Shown in pieces: positions 13,278-26,320 of a DNA stretch of 64,000 nt. The stretch is taken from the NCBI GenBank assembly GCA_951406725.2, contig OX597835.1:32674001-32738000 (forward strand), given 5' to 3'. The translations under genes and the position numbers were made by a program. The notes under the pieces are model-generated. The model ran no database searches, was not told the DNA's origin, and saw only the letters and a list, made by a program, of their open reading frames with translations. The DNA is from Octopus vulgaris. Lineage: Eukaryota. Each line of letters begins with the position of its first letter. Position 1 is the first letter of the stretch.

Positions 13278-13378
13278 GTGTGTGTATGTATGTATGTATG
13301 TATGTATGTATGTATGTATGTATGTATGTATGTATATATATGTATGTATGCATATATGTATGTATGTATGTATGTATA
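12370..13378. repeat. ~1-kb (TATG)n microsatellite
   Basis: Direct reading. Confidence 0.97.
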
Positions 13379-13497
13379 TTCGTTTTTGGTTCTAATTTTT
13401 GAAATTCTCACCACTGGAGTAAAGCCACGATTTCTAGATTTGAAACAATACTTCTTCATTGGAATTTAGACGAAATGAAACATAAATATACATAAAT

Positions 13498-13586
<89 letters not shown>

Positions 13587-13690
13587 TAGAAACACATCAA
13601 GAATTTTCCATCAAGTACAAGTGAATTTTGGAAGAGGAGCCTTGCAACTCTTCCAGATAGATGGAATAGCATTGTAGAAAATGAAGGAGA

Positions 13691-14066
13691 CTGTGTGGTA
13701 AGTAGCTTGTTTACCAGCCATATGGTTCCGGGTTCAGTCCCACTGCATGGCACCTTGGGCAAGTGTCTTCTACTATAGCCTCGGGCCGACCAAAACCTTG
13801 TGTGAGGATTTGGTAGGCGGAAACTGAAAGAAGCCTGTCGTATATATGTATATATATATACGTATGTGTCTCTGTGTTTGTCCCCCTAGCATTGCTTGAC
13901 AACCGTTGCTGGTGTGTTTACGTCCCCGTAACTTAGCGGTTCGGCAAAAGAGACCGATAGAATAAGTACTAGGCTTACAATGAATAAGTCCAGGGGTCGA
14001 TTTGCTCGACTAAAGGCGGTGCTCCAGCATGGCCACAGTCAAATGACTGAAACAAGTAAAAGAGTA
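13691..14066 (+). mobile_element. SINE family A, slightly 5'-truncated
   Basis: Matches 2674-3092. Confidence 0.88.
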
Positions 14067-14073
14067 TATCTAT

Positions 14074-14262
14074 AAACTCATCAAGAGGTGTCCATCAAGT
14101 ACAAGTGAATTTTGGAAGAGGGGCTTTGGAAGTCTTCCAGATAGATGGAAGAGCATTGTAGAAAATGAAGGAGAATATATTTCTGATTAAAAAAGAACTT
14201 TATCTTGATTTTGAAATATAAAAGTAGTCTAAGAACTGCATTGTTTATGGGATAGCCCAATA
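14074..14262 (+). mobile_element. mariner 3' fragment with right TIR
   Basis: Frameshifted EFWKRG..SLPDRWKSIVENEGEYISD C-terminus; TIR-like end gtttatgggatagcccaata. Confidence 0.65.
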
Positions 14263-15255
14263 CATACATACATACATCCATTCATACATATATGTATAAA
14301 CATATATGTATAAACATATATGTACACATACATATGTATACATACACACGTACATACATATACATACATATACATGCATATAGAGAGAGTGTATATTCTA
14401 TTATCAGATGTGGTGAATAATATATGTAGTAATCTACGATAGTTGACGAGAGAGTTATGAACGATGTTTAGTGTAGATAAGAGAGACATCTTATTCACAG
14501 TAGAGTAATATAGTTAGGATAAGTATATTTAAAGTAAATATGTATGGTAGATTATAAGATAGATAAGATGTATAAAGGAACACATGTATTGGGAAATCTA
14601 TTGACTAGCGTCAAAAGGAAGACAGCTCTATTATGAAAAAGTGCTTCGATATTTCATATAAGAAGAAAAGATGTCTGAAGTGATTGGTAGTGAAACGAGA
14701 AAACAATAAAGAGGAACGTATAGCTAGAATCGGTACTTTACTAAAAAGCTAAATGATGTCTTCGTACAGTAAATAGTCAATGATAACGGAAAGACAAAGT
14801 AAATGCCTGGTAGATATAGACGACAATCTCCAGTATAATTTCCTCTTCAATATATCGATGTTCTTTCCGCATTATGGCGTTGAAAAGAAGAGCAATAAAA
14901 AAAGTTTTATCAACGATACCATATGATATTACATCCGATATTCGGAGATAACCAGAAGAAACCAGAGGAGAAATAAACAATAAAGGAAAACAACAATAAA
15001 TAAAACACTGGCCAAGTTTTAAAAATATAAATCACAACTGAATATAGTTTACCTATAACTGTATTTAGGTTATACAGATTTACAATATGCCAAAATATTT
15101 CTTCATTTGATTTTATGACTGCTGCGTGTTTTAATTCTTAGAAAGAAAGACCGAGATGGTGTATACGTGTCGGTCATTATTTCTTCATTTTTTTATAACA
15201 GGAAGAACGTTTGCTGTCACAGTAGTTAGATGATTAATATATACATATTCATCGA

Positions 15256-15853
15256 TGCAGCGAGCTGGCAGTGTCGTTTACCCGTCGGGCAAAATGCATC
15301 GCGGCATTTCGTCCGTCTTTACATTCTGAATTCAAATTCCGCCGACATCAGTTTTGCTTTTTATTATTTCGGAGTCGATATAATCAACTTAATCTCTCCA
15401 CCGAAATTTCTGACTTTGTGCCAAGATTTGAAACCAATATATTTGAAACCAGGCGCAGGAGTAGCTGTATGGTAAGTAGCTAGCTTACCAACCACATGGT
15501 TCCGGGTTCAGTCCCACTGCGTGGCACCTTGGGTTAGTGTCTTCTACTATAGCCTCGGGCCGACTAAAGCCTTGTGAGTGGATTTGGTAGATGGAAACTA
15601 AAAGAAGCCCGTCGTATATATGTATGTGTGTGTATATGTTTGTTTATCTGTGTTTCTTCGCTCCCCACCATCGCTTCACAACTGATGTTGGTGTGCTTAC
15701 GTCTCCGTAACTTAACGGTTCAGCAAAAGAGAACGATAGAATAAGTACTAGGCTTACAAAGAATAATTCCTGGGGTCAATTTGCTCGACTAAAGGCGGTG
15801 CTCTCGCATGGCCGCAGTCAAATAACTGAAACAAGTAAAAGAGTAAAAGAGTA
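15256..15853 (+). mobile_element. Diverged SINE B (15256-15440) followed by full SINE A (15451-15853)
   Basis: Matches other copies in the window. Confidence 0.8.
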
Positions 15854-16231
15854 TATATGTATATATATTACGTTGCAATTTAATTATACATAATCTGTGT
15901 TTTTATGTTTGAATTAAATACGCCCTGGCATGGCTGTATGGCTGAGTAGCTCTCTTTTTGACGATGTGTTTTGGGACTTTAAAGTCTGCCTGGTATACAG
16001 AAACTGTGGAAGACGCCACAACCGAAGGACAATCGTTGTTAATTTGTCTATGTCCCTGTAACTTAACACTAGACTTTAAGAATAAGTACAGGGATCGAAA
16101 TGTTTGACTAAACCCTTCAAAGCAGTGCCCCAGCATGACCGTAGTCCAATGAGTGAAGCGAGTAAATGATAATGGATAAAATATATAAAGCTATATTTTC
16201 ACTGATGAAACTCATGAAAGTGTAAATGTTT

Positions 16232-16718
16232 GTCATCGTCATCATTGTTCGACCTTGGTCGAGACAATGGAATTTACTATGTTACGCCAAACTTTACGGT
16301 CCATCATAGCATTACGGAGGTCCTGTTGCTGGATGCCTGCATCCCCGGAGATTACATCAGGGTAGGAGAGTGTGCGCTCTCTGGTATCGCGAGTAGATGG
16401 CTTCCAGAGGAGAAGAGTGGAAATTGCCTCGTTTTCAGCTTTACAACAATGTCCAGCAAACTGGACTCTTCTACCTTTCACAAGAGATGATACAGGTGGT
16501 AATTTCCCATATATTTGTACTTTGGTTGGATGACGCTTCCACGAAAGATTTTGAGCTCTCATAAGGAGGCGAGTGTAAGTTCCATCCAACCGCCTCTTAA
16601 GCTTCTTTGATAACGTCCAGGTTTCTGAGCCATATAGTAGAATTGGTTCGACTGTGGCTTTGGAGATTTTAAGTTTGAAATCTCTACTTAGATTTGATGA
16701 CCAGATCTTATGCATATC
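16232..16718 (-). mobile_element. RTE-clade LINE 3' fragment
   Basis: KLKISKATVEPILLYGSETWTL...RRVQFAGHC...LLWKP...AMMDRKVWR; short (GAT/GAC) tail. Confidence 0.85.
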
Positions 16719-17909
16719 GTAAGTAGTTGTCTCCCTTGACAGTCCAACCTAACTATAATAATAGATAACCAATATTTGTCCAACATAGTTTACTGTAGTC
16801 ATCGTTGATGTTTGAAAACATTGCTAAAAATTAAGAACACTATTTTTAAACGTACAAATACTGTCGAATCAGTGACACAAACTGCGTGCGTAAGAGAGTT
16901 TAGTTGAAATATAGCTTAAAAACTATAACGAACCATTGACAACGTTATTGTGCTGTGTCAGACGAATGAATTAATAACAAGGGAAGATTCGGAACTGCAA
17001 TTAATTAAATTATTAAACGAAGCATCAGAAAAATTACTACAAAAATCGGAACAGTGGAAAATGAAACATGGAAACAAACTAAAGATTAAAAATATATTTT
17101 ATAAACGTATAACAGTTTTAGTGAAAAAGACAAATACGATATTAAACTGCATGTTAGAAATATTTCACTTTATTGAACTCGAGTGATATTGCATTATAAA
17201 TTACAGTCCGTATTGTAATTTGTCACACAAGTAGAACACTTGGAAACATATTGAATATTTTATCAAGATAAATAGGATAACGCTGTCATTATTTGAGTGC
17301 ACAGCGGTGGTCGTTTCGGTAATAAAATATCATTGGATCAAGGCTTGTGGACGTTATTTATCTTACCAGCCTGATGTGATATGATATGGATACATAAATA
17401 ACAAGAGTTTACAAATATTGATGTCAGGGCTGAAGACAAATATTGCGAAAACATTTCCGTGATATATAACAAACAAGGTGTATTGACAACCATAAATAAT
17501 GCAACGTATGATGTATATATATATAAATATTTTACTCTTTTACTTGTTTCAGTCATTTGACTGCGGCCATGTTGGAGCACCGCTTTTAGTCGAGCAAATC
17601 GACCCCAGGACTTATTCTTTGTAAGCCTAGTACTTATTCTATCGGTCTCTTTTTGCCGAACCGATAAGTTATCAAGCGATGGTGGGGGGGGGAGAGAAAC
17701 ATAGACACAAACATATATGACAACCATAAAAATGTGCTTCTTCTTCTTCTCCTTCTTTCTTCTTCCTTCTCCTTCTCCTACTCCTTCCTTCTCTTTCTTC
17801 TTCCTTCTTCCTCTTCTTCTTCCTTCTCCTTCTCCCCCTCTTCTTCTTCTTTCACTTCTACTTCTACTTCCTCTTCTCCTTCTCCCTCTCCTCCTCCTTC
17901 TTCTCCTTA

Positions 17910-18180
17910 TTATCATTATTATTATTATTATTATTATTATGGCCGGGTTCCAACCCGGGCAGCAGCAAAAAAGTCTACCCCCCACATTTCTCGGTCCATC
18001 CTGAGTACCTCAAGGGCCTGGATACATTGTAGGCCAGTGTCTGCAACCAATTTGTCGATGTGTAACTACCTTTTCCTCTTCTTACATCACCATGAAGTGG
18101 GTTCCACACGACTACGAGGTCAGGGTGGCGTACGTAGTGGCCAGATAGACACAGCCGTCTTTGCTTGATCTTAACTTTTT
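17910..18180 (-). mobile_element. RTE-like LINE 3' fragment ending in (AAT)n
   Basis: IKQRRLCLSGHYVRHPDLVVVWNPLHGDVRRG resembles the RTE C-terminal RRL..GH..R...W.P.HG motif. Confidence 0.65.
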
Positions 18181-18269
18181 GCGAGCACATAAATCTTTTA
18201 GAATCACACACACACACAGACACACAGACAAACACACACACGCATCCCCACACACACGTATATAGGTAG

Positions 18270-18629
18270 AGGGGCAATGGCCCAGTGGTTAGGGCAGCGG
18301 ACTCGCGGTCGAAGGATCGCAGGTTCGATTCCCAGGTCGGTCGTGTGTATTGAGCGAAAACACCTAACGCTCCACGAGGCTCCGGCAAGGGGTGATAGCA
18401 AACTCTGCTGTACTCTTTCGCCACAACTTTCTCTCACTCTTTCTTCCTATTTCTGTTATACATGTATCTCAAAGGTCCTGCCTTATCACACACTATGTCA
18501 CAATGAATCTCTCTGAGAACTACGTTAAGAATAGACGTGTCAGTGGAGTGCTCAGCCACTTGCATGTTAATTTCAAGAGCAGGCTGTGCCGTTGATCATA
18601 TAAAAGGAAGCCTCGTCGCTGAACCGTCG

Positions 18630-18630
<1 letters not shown>
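18270..18630 (+). mobile_element. SINE family C (tRNA-Arg-like head)
   Basis: TGGCCCAGTGG A box, GGTTCGATTCCC B box; matches 19879-20262. Confidence 0.85.
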
Positions 18631-18703
<73 letters not shown>

Positions 18704-18797
18704 CTATAAATATGCATATGTGTATATATATATATATGTACAAGGTATAATATATATAAGTATATATACATATAAATATATATGTATGTATTTGTGC

Positions 18798-18857
<60 letters not shown>

Positions 18858-19092
18858 ACTACTAATATAGGATGAATTTTTTCCTACAGAAAAAAAATTC
18901 CATGATAAATTGTAGCAGCATATTAAAATACCTTTACGGTTAAAATTATAAACAACTTAGAAGTAAGGGCTAAAGAAACTTATTTGAATGCCAATATGCT
19001 GATAACAGACTATTAAATTGTCAATTTACACATAAATTATTTACTCGCAACAGAAAACACACGAATAACTGAAATCATTGAATATATTTAAC

Positions 19093-19129
<37 letters not shown>

Positions 19130-19131
<2 letters not shown>

Positions 19132-19603
19132 TTTTATACTTTTAGGAGTTTCAAGTCGAGAGCCGTGGCCATGGCTGCGCATCACCGTTAGCTTTGCTAC
19201 AAATTAACTATTTGAAACCTTATCTGATATGTGACATTTGGTGAATGGGAGAGTTTGATGTTAATGCTCTTATTTTGCGTTCCTGCCTTGTGGTGGGTTC
19301 ATCCAGAAACCTTGCCATGCAGAGATCAAATTTTATTTTGAAGACACCTACATCCACTCCACGTAGGTCTTCCTGGCTTTTTAGCGAGGATAATGAAGAG
19401 TTACTGGTTTTTGAAACTCAAGGTTTTGCATTTCTCATCCTGTACTGTGAAGGCAATTTTTGGATCTTTGGCACTATGCAGCGGCACCCTAATCTGCTGT
19501 TTGTGTAACTTTCAATGCAAACGTTTAGTACAGTTTCTTCCAGGATTTTCCAGATGTATATCACTTCATCTTCTTCCAGCTTTTGTTCTAGGACGTAGAG
19601 ACT
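19130..19603 (-). mobile_element. CR1/L2-group LINE 3' fragment with 3' UTR
   Basis: IYIWKILE...DLRGVDVGVFKIKFDL...DEPT; same family as 52370-52600. Confidence 0.7.
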
Positions 19604-19790
19604 TATATATATATATATATATATACATGTATATATATACATAAGAGAGGCTTTGTCAAAGCCTCTCAAAACTAAATTCGCTCACACACCAGTAGACATC
19701 TTGCATTATAGATACGTATTCACTATGCCAGGCAGTGGGACTGAACTGGTTGCCAGCGAACTCCTAAACCACACAAACGTGCCTTCACCA

Positions 19791-19825
<35 letters not shown>

Positions 19826-19878
19826 ATACACATGTACACATACATGCAATTATGCATTCATATGAATGCATATATATA

Positions 19879-20262
19879 TGTGGAGGCGCAATGGCCCAGT
19901 GGTGAGGGCAGCGGACTCGCGGTCGTAGGATCGTGATTTCGATTCCCAGACCGGGCGTTGTGAGTGTTTATTGAGCGAAAACACCTAAAGCTCAACGAGG
20001 CTCCGGCAGGGATGGTGGTGATCCCTGCTGTACTCTTTCACCACAACTTTCTCTCACTCTTACTTCCTGTTTCTGTTGTATCTGTATTTCAAAGGGCCGG
20101 CCTTGTCACTTTCTGTGTCACGCTGAATATCCCCGAGAACTACGTTAAGGGTACACGTGTCTGTGGAGTGCTCAGCCACTTACACGTTAATTTCACGAGC
20201 AGGCTGTTCCGTTGATCGGATCAACCGGAACCCTCATCGTCGTAACCGACGGAGTGCTTCCA
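19879..20262 (+). mobile_element. SINE family C, full length
   Basis: Near-identical to the reverse complements at 53318-53704 and 61261-61628. Confidence 0.9.
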
Positions 20263-21424
20263 TCATCATATACACACACACACATATATATATATAAGTG
20301 TCTGTGTGTGTATTTATGTATATCTCAATGTATATGCGTATACGTACATGGACATATAAATAAAATCTATCTTCTTTATAGCCTACGATTAACTTGTTAT
20401 TTATCGTAATGTTTGCAAGATAAAATGAAGTGAAAAGACCAAGATAAAAATCTCATTACTGAAATGTTTCACTGATTTCATATTTTTATTCAAGTGGTGT
20501 CAACATCAATTGCCGCTAAGTTGAAAATGGCGGTCATGTGGTCTGGTCAAATTGTCATGACATTCAAATTACATCTCTTTATCTGTAGTGAGACTGGAGT
20601 CAATAATCAGAGAAATTACAATATATTACTTGTATCGTCTGTCATTTCTTCCATTTTATTTGTAGATTATAGCAGTTTATAGCTTTCTGTTTTACATTTC
20701 GTATCTGCATGTTTCAAATCTCATGTGCACTTATACATACACATAGGTACATATACAGACACAATAAAACATATACATGCATGCATACATACATACACAT
20801 GCATATATACATACACTTACAGAACTACACACATACGTTCATAAATACATACACACGTACATACATAAACGCACATACATACATACATACACCTTAATAC
20901 GCAAACACATTCATAAATATATATTATGGCCTATACAGAGTTTCCACACGTAAATATACACACACTAGACAATACAAAGATGATTGCTACCAGAGCAGGA
21001 AGAGAAACTATTTTAAGAGAAAGAAACGTTTTTTTTCTGATAATACACCAAACGAGATGGAAATCATATGTTGTAGATATAAAACTTTGCAGAGCTACTT
21101 AATTGGGCATACTTTACTAGAAACTGGTAGATTTTGTAGTACGAATAATTACCTACATTTCAACCAACGAACGAGACAATTTGCAAATGTCCTTGTTAAT
21201 TGAGTTTAGGTTCGTATATTGATTAGTTCACTTCTTCACTTTGAAGTGTAATGTCAGAGCGAAGACCAAAATTACAAATATTCATATTTTCAGAGTAAGA
21301 TTTAAATGTAGGCATTTCTCAGTGGTTAAAGCGTCGGGCTCACAATCACGAGGTAGTGAGTTCGATTCCTGGACCGGACCGTGTTCTTCAGCAAAGTACT
21401 TTATTTTCACGTTGCTCCAGTTTA

Positions 21425-21862
21425 GATCGTAGCAGCAGACGAAATACCGATTTCATTACTACCCACAAGGGGCTAAACACAGAGGGAACAAACAAGGACA
21501 TACAAACGGATTAAGTCGATTACATCGACCCCGTGCGAAACTGGTACTTATTTAATCGACCCCAAAAGGATGAAAAGCAAAGTCGACCTCGGCGGAATTT
21601 GAGCTCAGAATGTAGCGGCAGACGAAATACATATTTCTTTATTACCCACAAGGGGCTAAACACAAAGAGGACAAACAAGGACAGACAAAAGGATTAAGTC
21701 GATTACATCGACCCCAGTGCGTAACTGGTACTTAATTTATCGACCCCAAAGGATGAAAGTCAAAGTCGACCTCGGCGGAATTTGAACTCAGAACGTAGCA
21801 GCAGACGAAATACCGCTAAGCATTCCGTCCGGCGTGCTAACGTTTCTGCCAGTTCTCAGCCT
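21425..21862 (-). mobile_element. SINE family B tandem multimer (two units plus the start of a third)
   Basis: Repeated ~185-bp body; only the first unit has the head. Confidence 0.85.
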
Positions 21863-21919
21863 TCTCAAGATCACATATTGGCATAGTCATGAAATATGAA
21901 AATCTTACTTCTTCCTAGT

Positions 21920-22115
21920 TACTTTCCTGACCTTGTCCCATCTAACAACTATCTTTTCAGATTATTGTTGCACATTTAGAAGGAAAACAGTTTATTAATG
22001 GTAAAAATGTTTAAAATGATATTGCGTATTTCTTTGCCTTGTGACCTGAAAGTATTAACGCTCCAGAGATCGACAGTCTGCCAACCAAATATATGGGATT
22101 ATATTATCAATAATG
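21920..22115 (+). mobile_element. Degenerate mariner transposase C-terminal relic
   Basis: PDLVPSNNYLFRLL resembles SPDLAPSDYxLF. Confidence 0.5.
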
Positions 22116-22124
22116 AGCGGAAAT

Positions 22125-22526
22125 ATTCGTTTCTACTCTAGGTACAAGGCCCGAAATTTTTTTTGGTGGGGGGCAGTCGATTAGATCGACTCCAGTATGC
22201 AACTGGTACTTAATTTATCGACCCCGAAAGGATGAAAAGCAAAGTCGATCTCGGCGAAACTTGAACTCAGAACGTAAAGACATGGGGAATACCTATTTCT
22301 TTACTACCCACAAGGGGCTAAACATAGAGAGGAGAAACAAGGACAGACAAACGGAATAAGTCGATTATATCGACCCCAGTGCGTAACTGGTATATATTTA
22401 ATCGACCCCGAAAGGATGAAAGGCAAAGTCGACCTCGGCGGAATTTGAACTCAGAACGTAGCAGCAGACGAAATACCGCTGACCAGTTCGCTCGGCGTGC
22501 TAACGATTCTGCCAACTCGCCGCCTT
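22125..22526 (-). mobile_element. SINE family B dimer (tail type 1 unit followed by tail type 2 unit)
   Basis: Junction near 22290 is at the same position as in the 21.4-21.9 kb and 62.3-62.9 kb multimers. Confidence 0.82.
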
Positions 22527-22899
22527 AATTAGAGGAAATGTTATCTAGATGAAATCTACCAATGAAGACTACAGACGCATTTATTTATTTCTCATCTTGA
22601 AATACGAAGGACGTTCCAAACTAATATTTTAGCCCTAAAATGATGGCAAATATCTATCCTATGTTTTACCTGTTTCAGTCATTGGGTTGCGTCCATGCTG
22701 GGGCACCGTCTTGGAGAGCTGTTAGTCGAACGAGTCGACCGCAGTACAGTCTTTTGAGCGTGGGACTTACGCTATCGGTTTTTTGCTGGACCACTATGCT
22801 ACAAGGACGTAAACAAGCCAACACCAGTTGTCAAGCGGTGAGGTTGGGGGACAAACACAGACACAAAGACTCACATACGTATATATATATATATATAAT

Positions 22900-23120
22900 T
22901 TTTTGAGGGAATATTATTCCTAACTTACAAGGAAAAATTCAATTTAGAAAAACTAAATCAAATTTCACAAAATATAACATATATATAAAAATTAGAAAAA
23001 GCACCTTTTATCAATTCAACATGAATAACTAAATTATACCATCTAGAAAATTACTTATAATAGAAATAGTAAAATTAAAATAACAATGATTAAGTAAATT
23101 TCATAATAATAATAAAAACG
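22900..23120 (-). mobile_element. PLE-like terminus inserted in the TA tract of a SINE A (22665-23298)
   Basis: Reverse-complement similarity to 60460-60550; flanked by TA runs. Confidence 0.55.
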
Positions 23121-23399
23121 TATATATATATATATATATATATGAACGACGGGCTTCTTTCTCTTTCCGTCAACCAAATCAACTCACAAGGAAGCTATAG
23201 TGGAAGACACATGCCTAAGCTCCCACGCAGTGGAACTGAACCCGGAACCAGTGTGGCTGGGAAGCAGTCTTCTCACCACACAGCTACGCTTGCGCCTAGG
23301 CTTACTTACCATCTTAACCTTAGCCAGTCAGTATTTTATCTACAACGTTGTAGTTTTTCAGAAACTACCAGAAAGAATTGACTATTGTGATTCATTCTG

Positions 23400-23830
23400 A
23401 ATAGAGCGATGGCATTAATTCATAACATAAACTTTACTCGGCACAATTCAATTTGCTGTACAGGCCAATATTTGGCATTTTTTCATATCCAATTGTTCGA
23501 ATTTATTTATATCGTTTTTTTCTATATATAATTAATAAAACATTAAATTCTAATAGGAATGAAGAAGATATATGTAATTTATTAGGAAAATAAACCAATA
23601 CTAAAAAACTTAGGTTCTTATATTTGTAATGTGAAGGAGGAAGATGATGTTAAAGACAGTAATTGTGATACTATTGGCGCTGATTAAAGTTCTTTTAAAA
23701 TTGATATTGAGTATCGTAACGTTTAATAGACTATTGTTCTCTCTATCAATAATGAAACTTTTATTCGTTGCTTTTTCTAGTAACAAAGATATTTTTATTA
23801 TAACGGATGAATTACTAAATAGATATTGTT
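23400..23830 (-). pseudogene. Possible highly decayed PLE GIY-YIG endonuclease region
   Basis: Frameshifted fragments with spacing reminiscent of the PLE endonuclease C-terminus; very AT-rich, weak. Confidence 0.3.
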
Positions 23831-25192
23831 ATTTATTGATGATATTATAAGAAATGAAGAAAATAACCGTATCATATTCAGATTTCAATTTTATGGCTGT
23901 TTTCTAGAGAATAAATGCTATTTAATAATTTTTTTGATTCAACAAAAATATATTATTTTTCTATTTTTTTAAAATATAATCTTTCTTCATTTTAAATTTA
24001 TTTTTCTCCTATTAAATTTTATTTGTCTCCTTTTTCACTTTGCTAAGTAGGCTATAACGCAAATGTAATGGAGCAGAAATACAATGTTTATTAAGTATAA
24101 GAGGAAAATAAAATTAAAATGAAAATTAATATGTAATAAAGACAAAAGAATTCGCTCTTTATAAAGTATTATATTGTCAGAGAAGTTCCTTCGTTACATT
24201 CCAATATTATTTGAATTAAAATTAATGTTATTGCAGAGTTTTACTTGTATATTTATACATCAATGTGTGAGTCTTTGTTTCTGCATTAGTCTCCCACCAC
24301 TGCTTGACAACGGGTGTTGGTGTGTTTACGTTCTCGTCTCCAGTGGCTCGGCAAAAGAGACCGAGAGAATAAATTCCTGGCTTAAAAAAAAAAACAGGTA
24401 AAATTCTTCAAGCTGTTACCCCAGCATGGCCGCAGTCTACTGATTGAAACAGGTAAAAGATTGTAGGTCTATCCTTCCTCTGTTTAATTAGAATGAATAA
24501 ATTTCAACTTATTTCAGACGTATGATGATGGCGTGTCAAGTATGTAAAAAAATTAGCAGTTTCCACACCTGTATCTCTTTGATTTCAATGAAAGTTCCAA
24601 AGCTGCTGAAGCCGCTCCAGACAGTTCTGCTGTTTTTTGTTACAAAAGCCGCATACCTGATTTTCGGCACGAAGATTCGTGTTACTTATTTGTTTTTTTC
24701 CCTGTTTGGTTAGAGAGAAAAACACAGTGAATTAGATGATACTTGTAATAGGTTTCTTCATTTAGTTTCCATTGCAAACACTGTGAAAATAGCCTCGTAA
24801 AAAATAAATATTTACTTGAAAAGTTTTATTGATTCTTTTACCAAATATAAGGATTGGAATATCTACTGATACTCAACTCGATCTGTGGATAAAAATAACA
24901 ACAAAAAGCAAAACAAAAGCAAACTCTAAAGTAATGTACAGCATGTTAAAAATTGGTATTTGGTCCTCAGTAATAAAATATTTCTCATCTCATTATTTAC
25001 ATTATTTACATTTGACGGATGTTTGTCCTATCTTGTTGCTAATACACCGTTTCGGCTGATATACACTCCAGCCTTTATCAGGTGCCTTGGGAAATTTTGA
25101 ATCTGGGTTCTCATTCCTAAGGTATTTTTCGATATTATTATTATTATTATCATTATTATTATTATTGTTATTATTGTTATTGTTATTATTCA

Positions 25193-25265
25193 AGTCAGTG
25201 CCTGGAATCGAACTCGGATTCTTGGGGTTGATAGTCCGAGCTCTTAACCACTGCGCCATATGCCC
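25193..25265 (-). promoter_or_regulatory. tRNA-derived Pol III promoter head
   Basis: A box TGGCGCAGTGG (25248-25258) and B box GAGTTCGATTCC (25204-25215); cloverleaf imperfect, so not called a tRNA gene. Confidence 0.75.
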
Positions 25266-25286
25266 GTGGGTTCGAAATTTCCCCAA

Positions 25287-25332
25287 GACACCTGATGAAG
25301 GCTGGAGGGTATATCAGCCGAAACGTTGTGTT
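25287..25332 (+). ncRNA. Minimal type I hammerhead ribozyme
   Basis: Stem I GACAC/GUGUU; CUGAUGA; stem II GGCUGG/UCAGCC; GAAA; palindromic ACGU stem III; GUU site. The inverted copy at 25041-25086 has core mutations. Confidence 0.8.
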
Positions 25333-25681
25333 AACAACAAACAAGATGAGGAACAATATCCGTCAAATGTAAATAATGTAAATAATGTACATAATTCCTC
25401 ATCTCTTGAATATAGGATTGAATTTCTCATCTCAGTTCCAAATATAGATTTATTCTAATTAATGACGCTGCATGTATTCTGAAGAGATAGAGAGAGCATT
25501 TTGGACATTCTTCAGAAGCTAACGTAACTGGTTGAAAAGGTTACAAAAGACCTACCGCGGTATCATACTTTTGAATAAGGAGATAATAATCTTGACATAG
25601 ATGAAGTTTGCTATTGAACAGAGGAACTGAATGAAATCCCTCAAAATTGATGGCATAATAGTTGAGGTTATGTATAAGGGT

Positions 25682-26003
25682 GAGGGCGCGTGGCTGAGTG
25701 GTTAGGGCATTCGGCTCATGATCGTAAGGTTGTGAGTTCGATTCCCGGCGACGCGTTGTGTCCTTGAGCAAGACACTTTATTTCACGTTGCTCCAGTCCA
25801 CTCAGCTGGCAAATATGAGTTGTACTTGTATTTCAAAGGGTCAGCCTTGTCACTCTCTGTGTCACGCTGATTATCCCCGAGAACTACGTTAAGGGTACAC
25901 GTGTCTGTGGAATGCTCAGCCATTTGCACGTTAATTTCACGAGCAAGCTGTTCCGTTGATCGTATCAGCTGGGACCCTCGTCGTCCTAACCGGCGGAATC
26001 TTT
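25682..26003 (+). mobile_element. SINE family D (tRNA head with CAT loop; 3' half shared with family C)
   Basis: TGGCTGAGTGG and GAGTTCGATTCCC boxes; near-identical reverse copy at 41838-42158. Confidence 0.88.
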
Positions 26004-26012
26004 AGATGTATA

Positions 26013-26320
26013 AGGAGGCGCAATGGCCCAGTGTTTAGGGTAGCGGACTCGCGGTCGGAGGATCAAGGCTTCGATTTCCAGACCGGGCGTTGTGTGTGTT
26101 TATTGAGCGAAAACACCTAAATGCTCCACGAGGCTTCGGCAGGGGGTGGTGGCGACCCTTGTTGTACTCTTTCGCCACAACTTTCTCTCTCTCTTCCTGT
26201 TTCTTGAGTAACGCTGCGATGGACGGGCGTCTCGTCCGGCTGGGGGAAACACATGCGCCATAGAAACCGGGAAACCGGGCCCATGAACCTGGCTAGGCTT
26301 TAATAGGGCGACGTTTATCG
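26013..26320 (+). mobile_element. SINE family C head with V-SINE-like domain and alternative tail
   Basis: ctgcgatggacgggcgtctcgtcc; related copies at 41408-41702 and 57900-58198 (-). Confidence 0.75.

Larger units (their letters stand above)
24993..25421. mobile_element. tRNA-headed hammerhead element with inverted PLE-like arms and a 13-bp TSD
   Basis: TSD atttctcatctca at 24980-24992 and 25422-25434; arms ~24993-25106 and ~25268-25390; tRNA-like head between them. Confidence 0.8.

Noticed and set aside
12125-13459. 444-aa ORF
   Set aside because: (CATA)n tract in frame with a short RLE relic
16200-16230. CUGAUGA..GAAA hammerhead-like string
   Set aside because: No convincing stems I-III
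19879-19955. SINE heads as functional tRNA genes
   Set aside because: A and B boxes are present, but acceptor stems are broken and the heads run into SINE bodies
23400-24240. AT-rich block as a mitochondrial insertion
   Set aside because: No recognisable mitochondrial gene; a decayed TE is more likely
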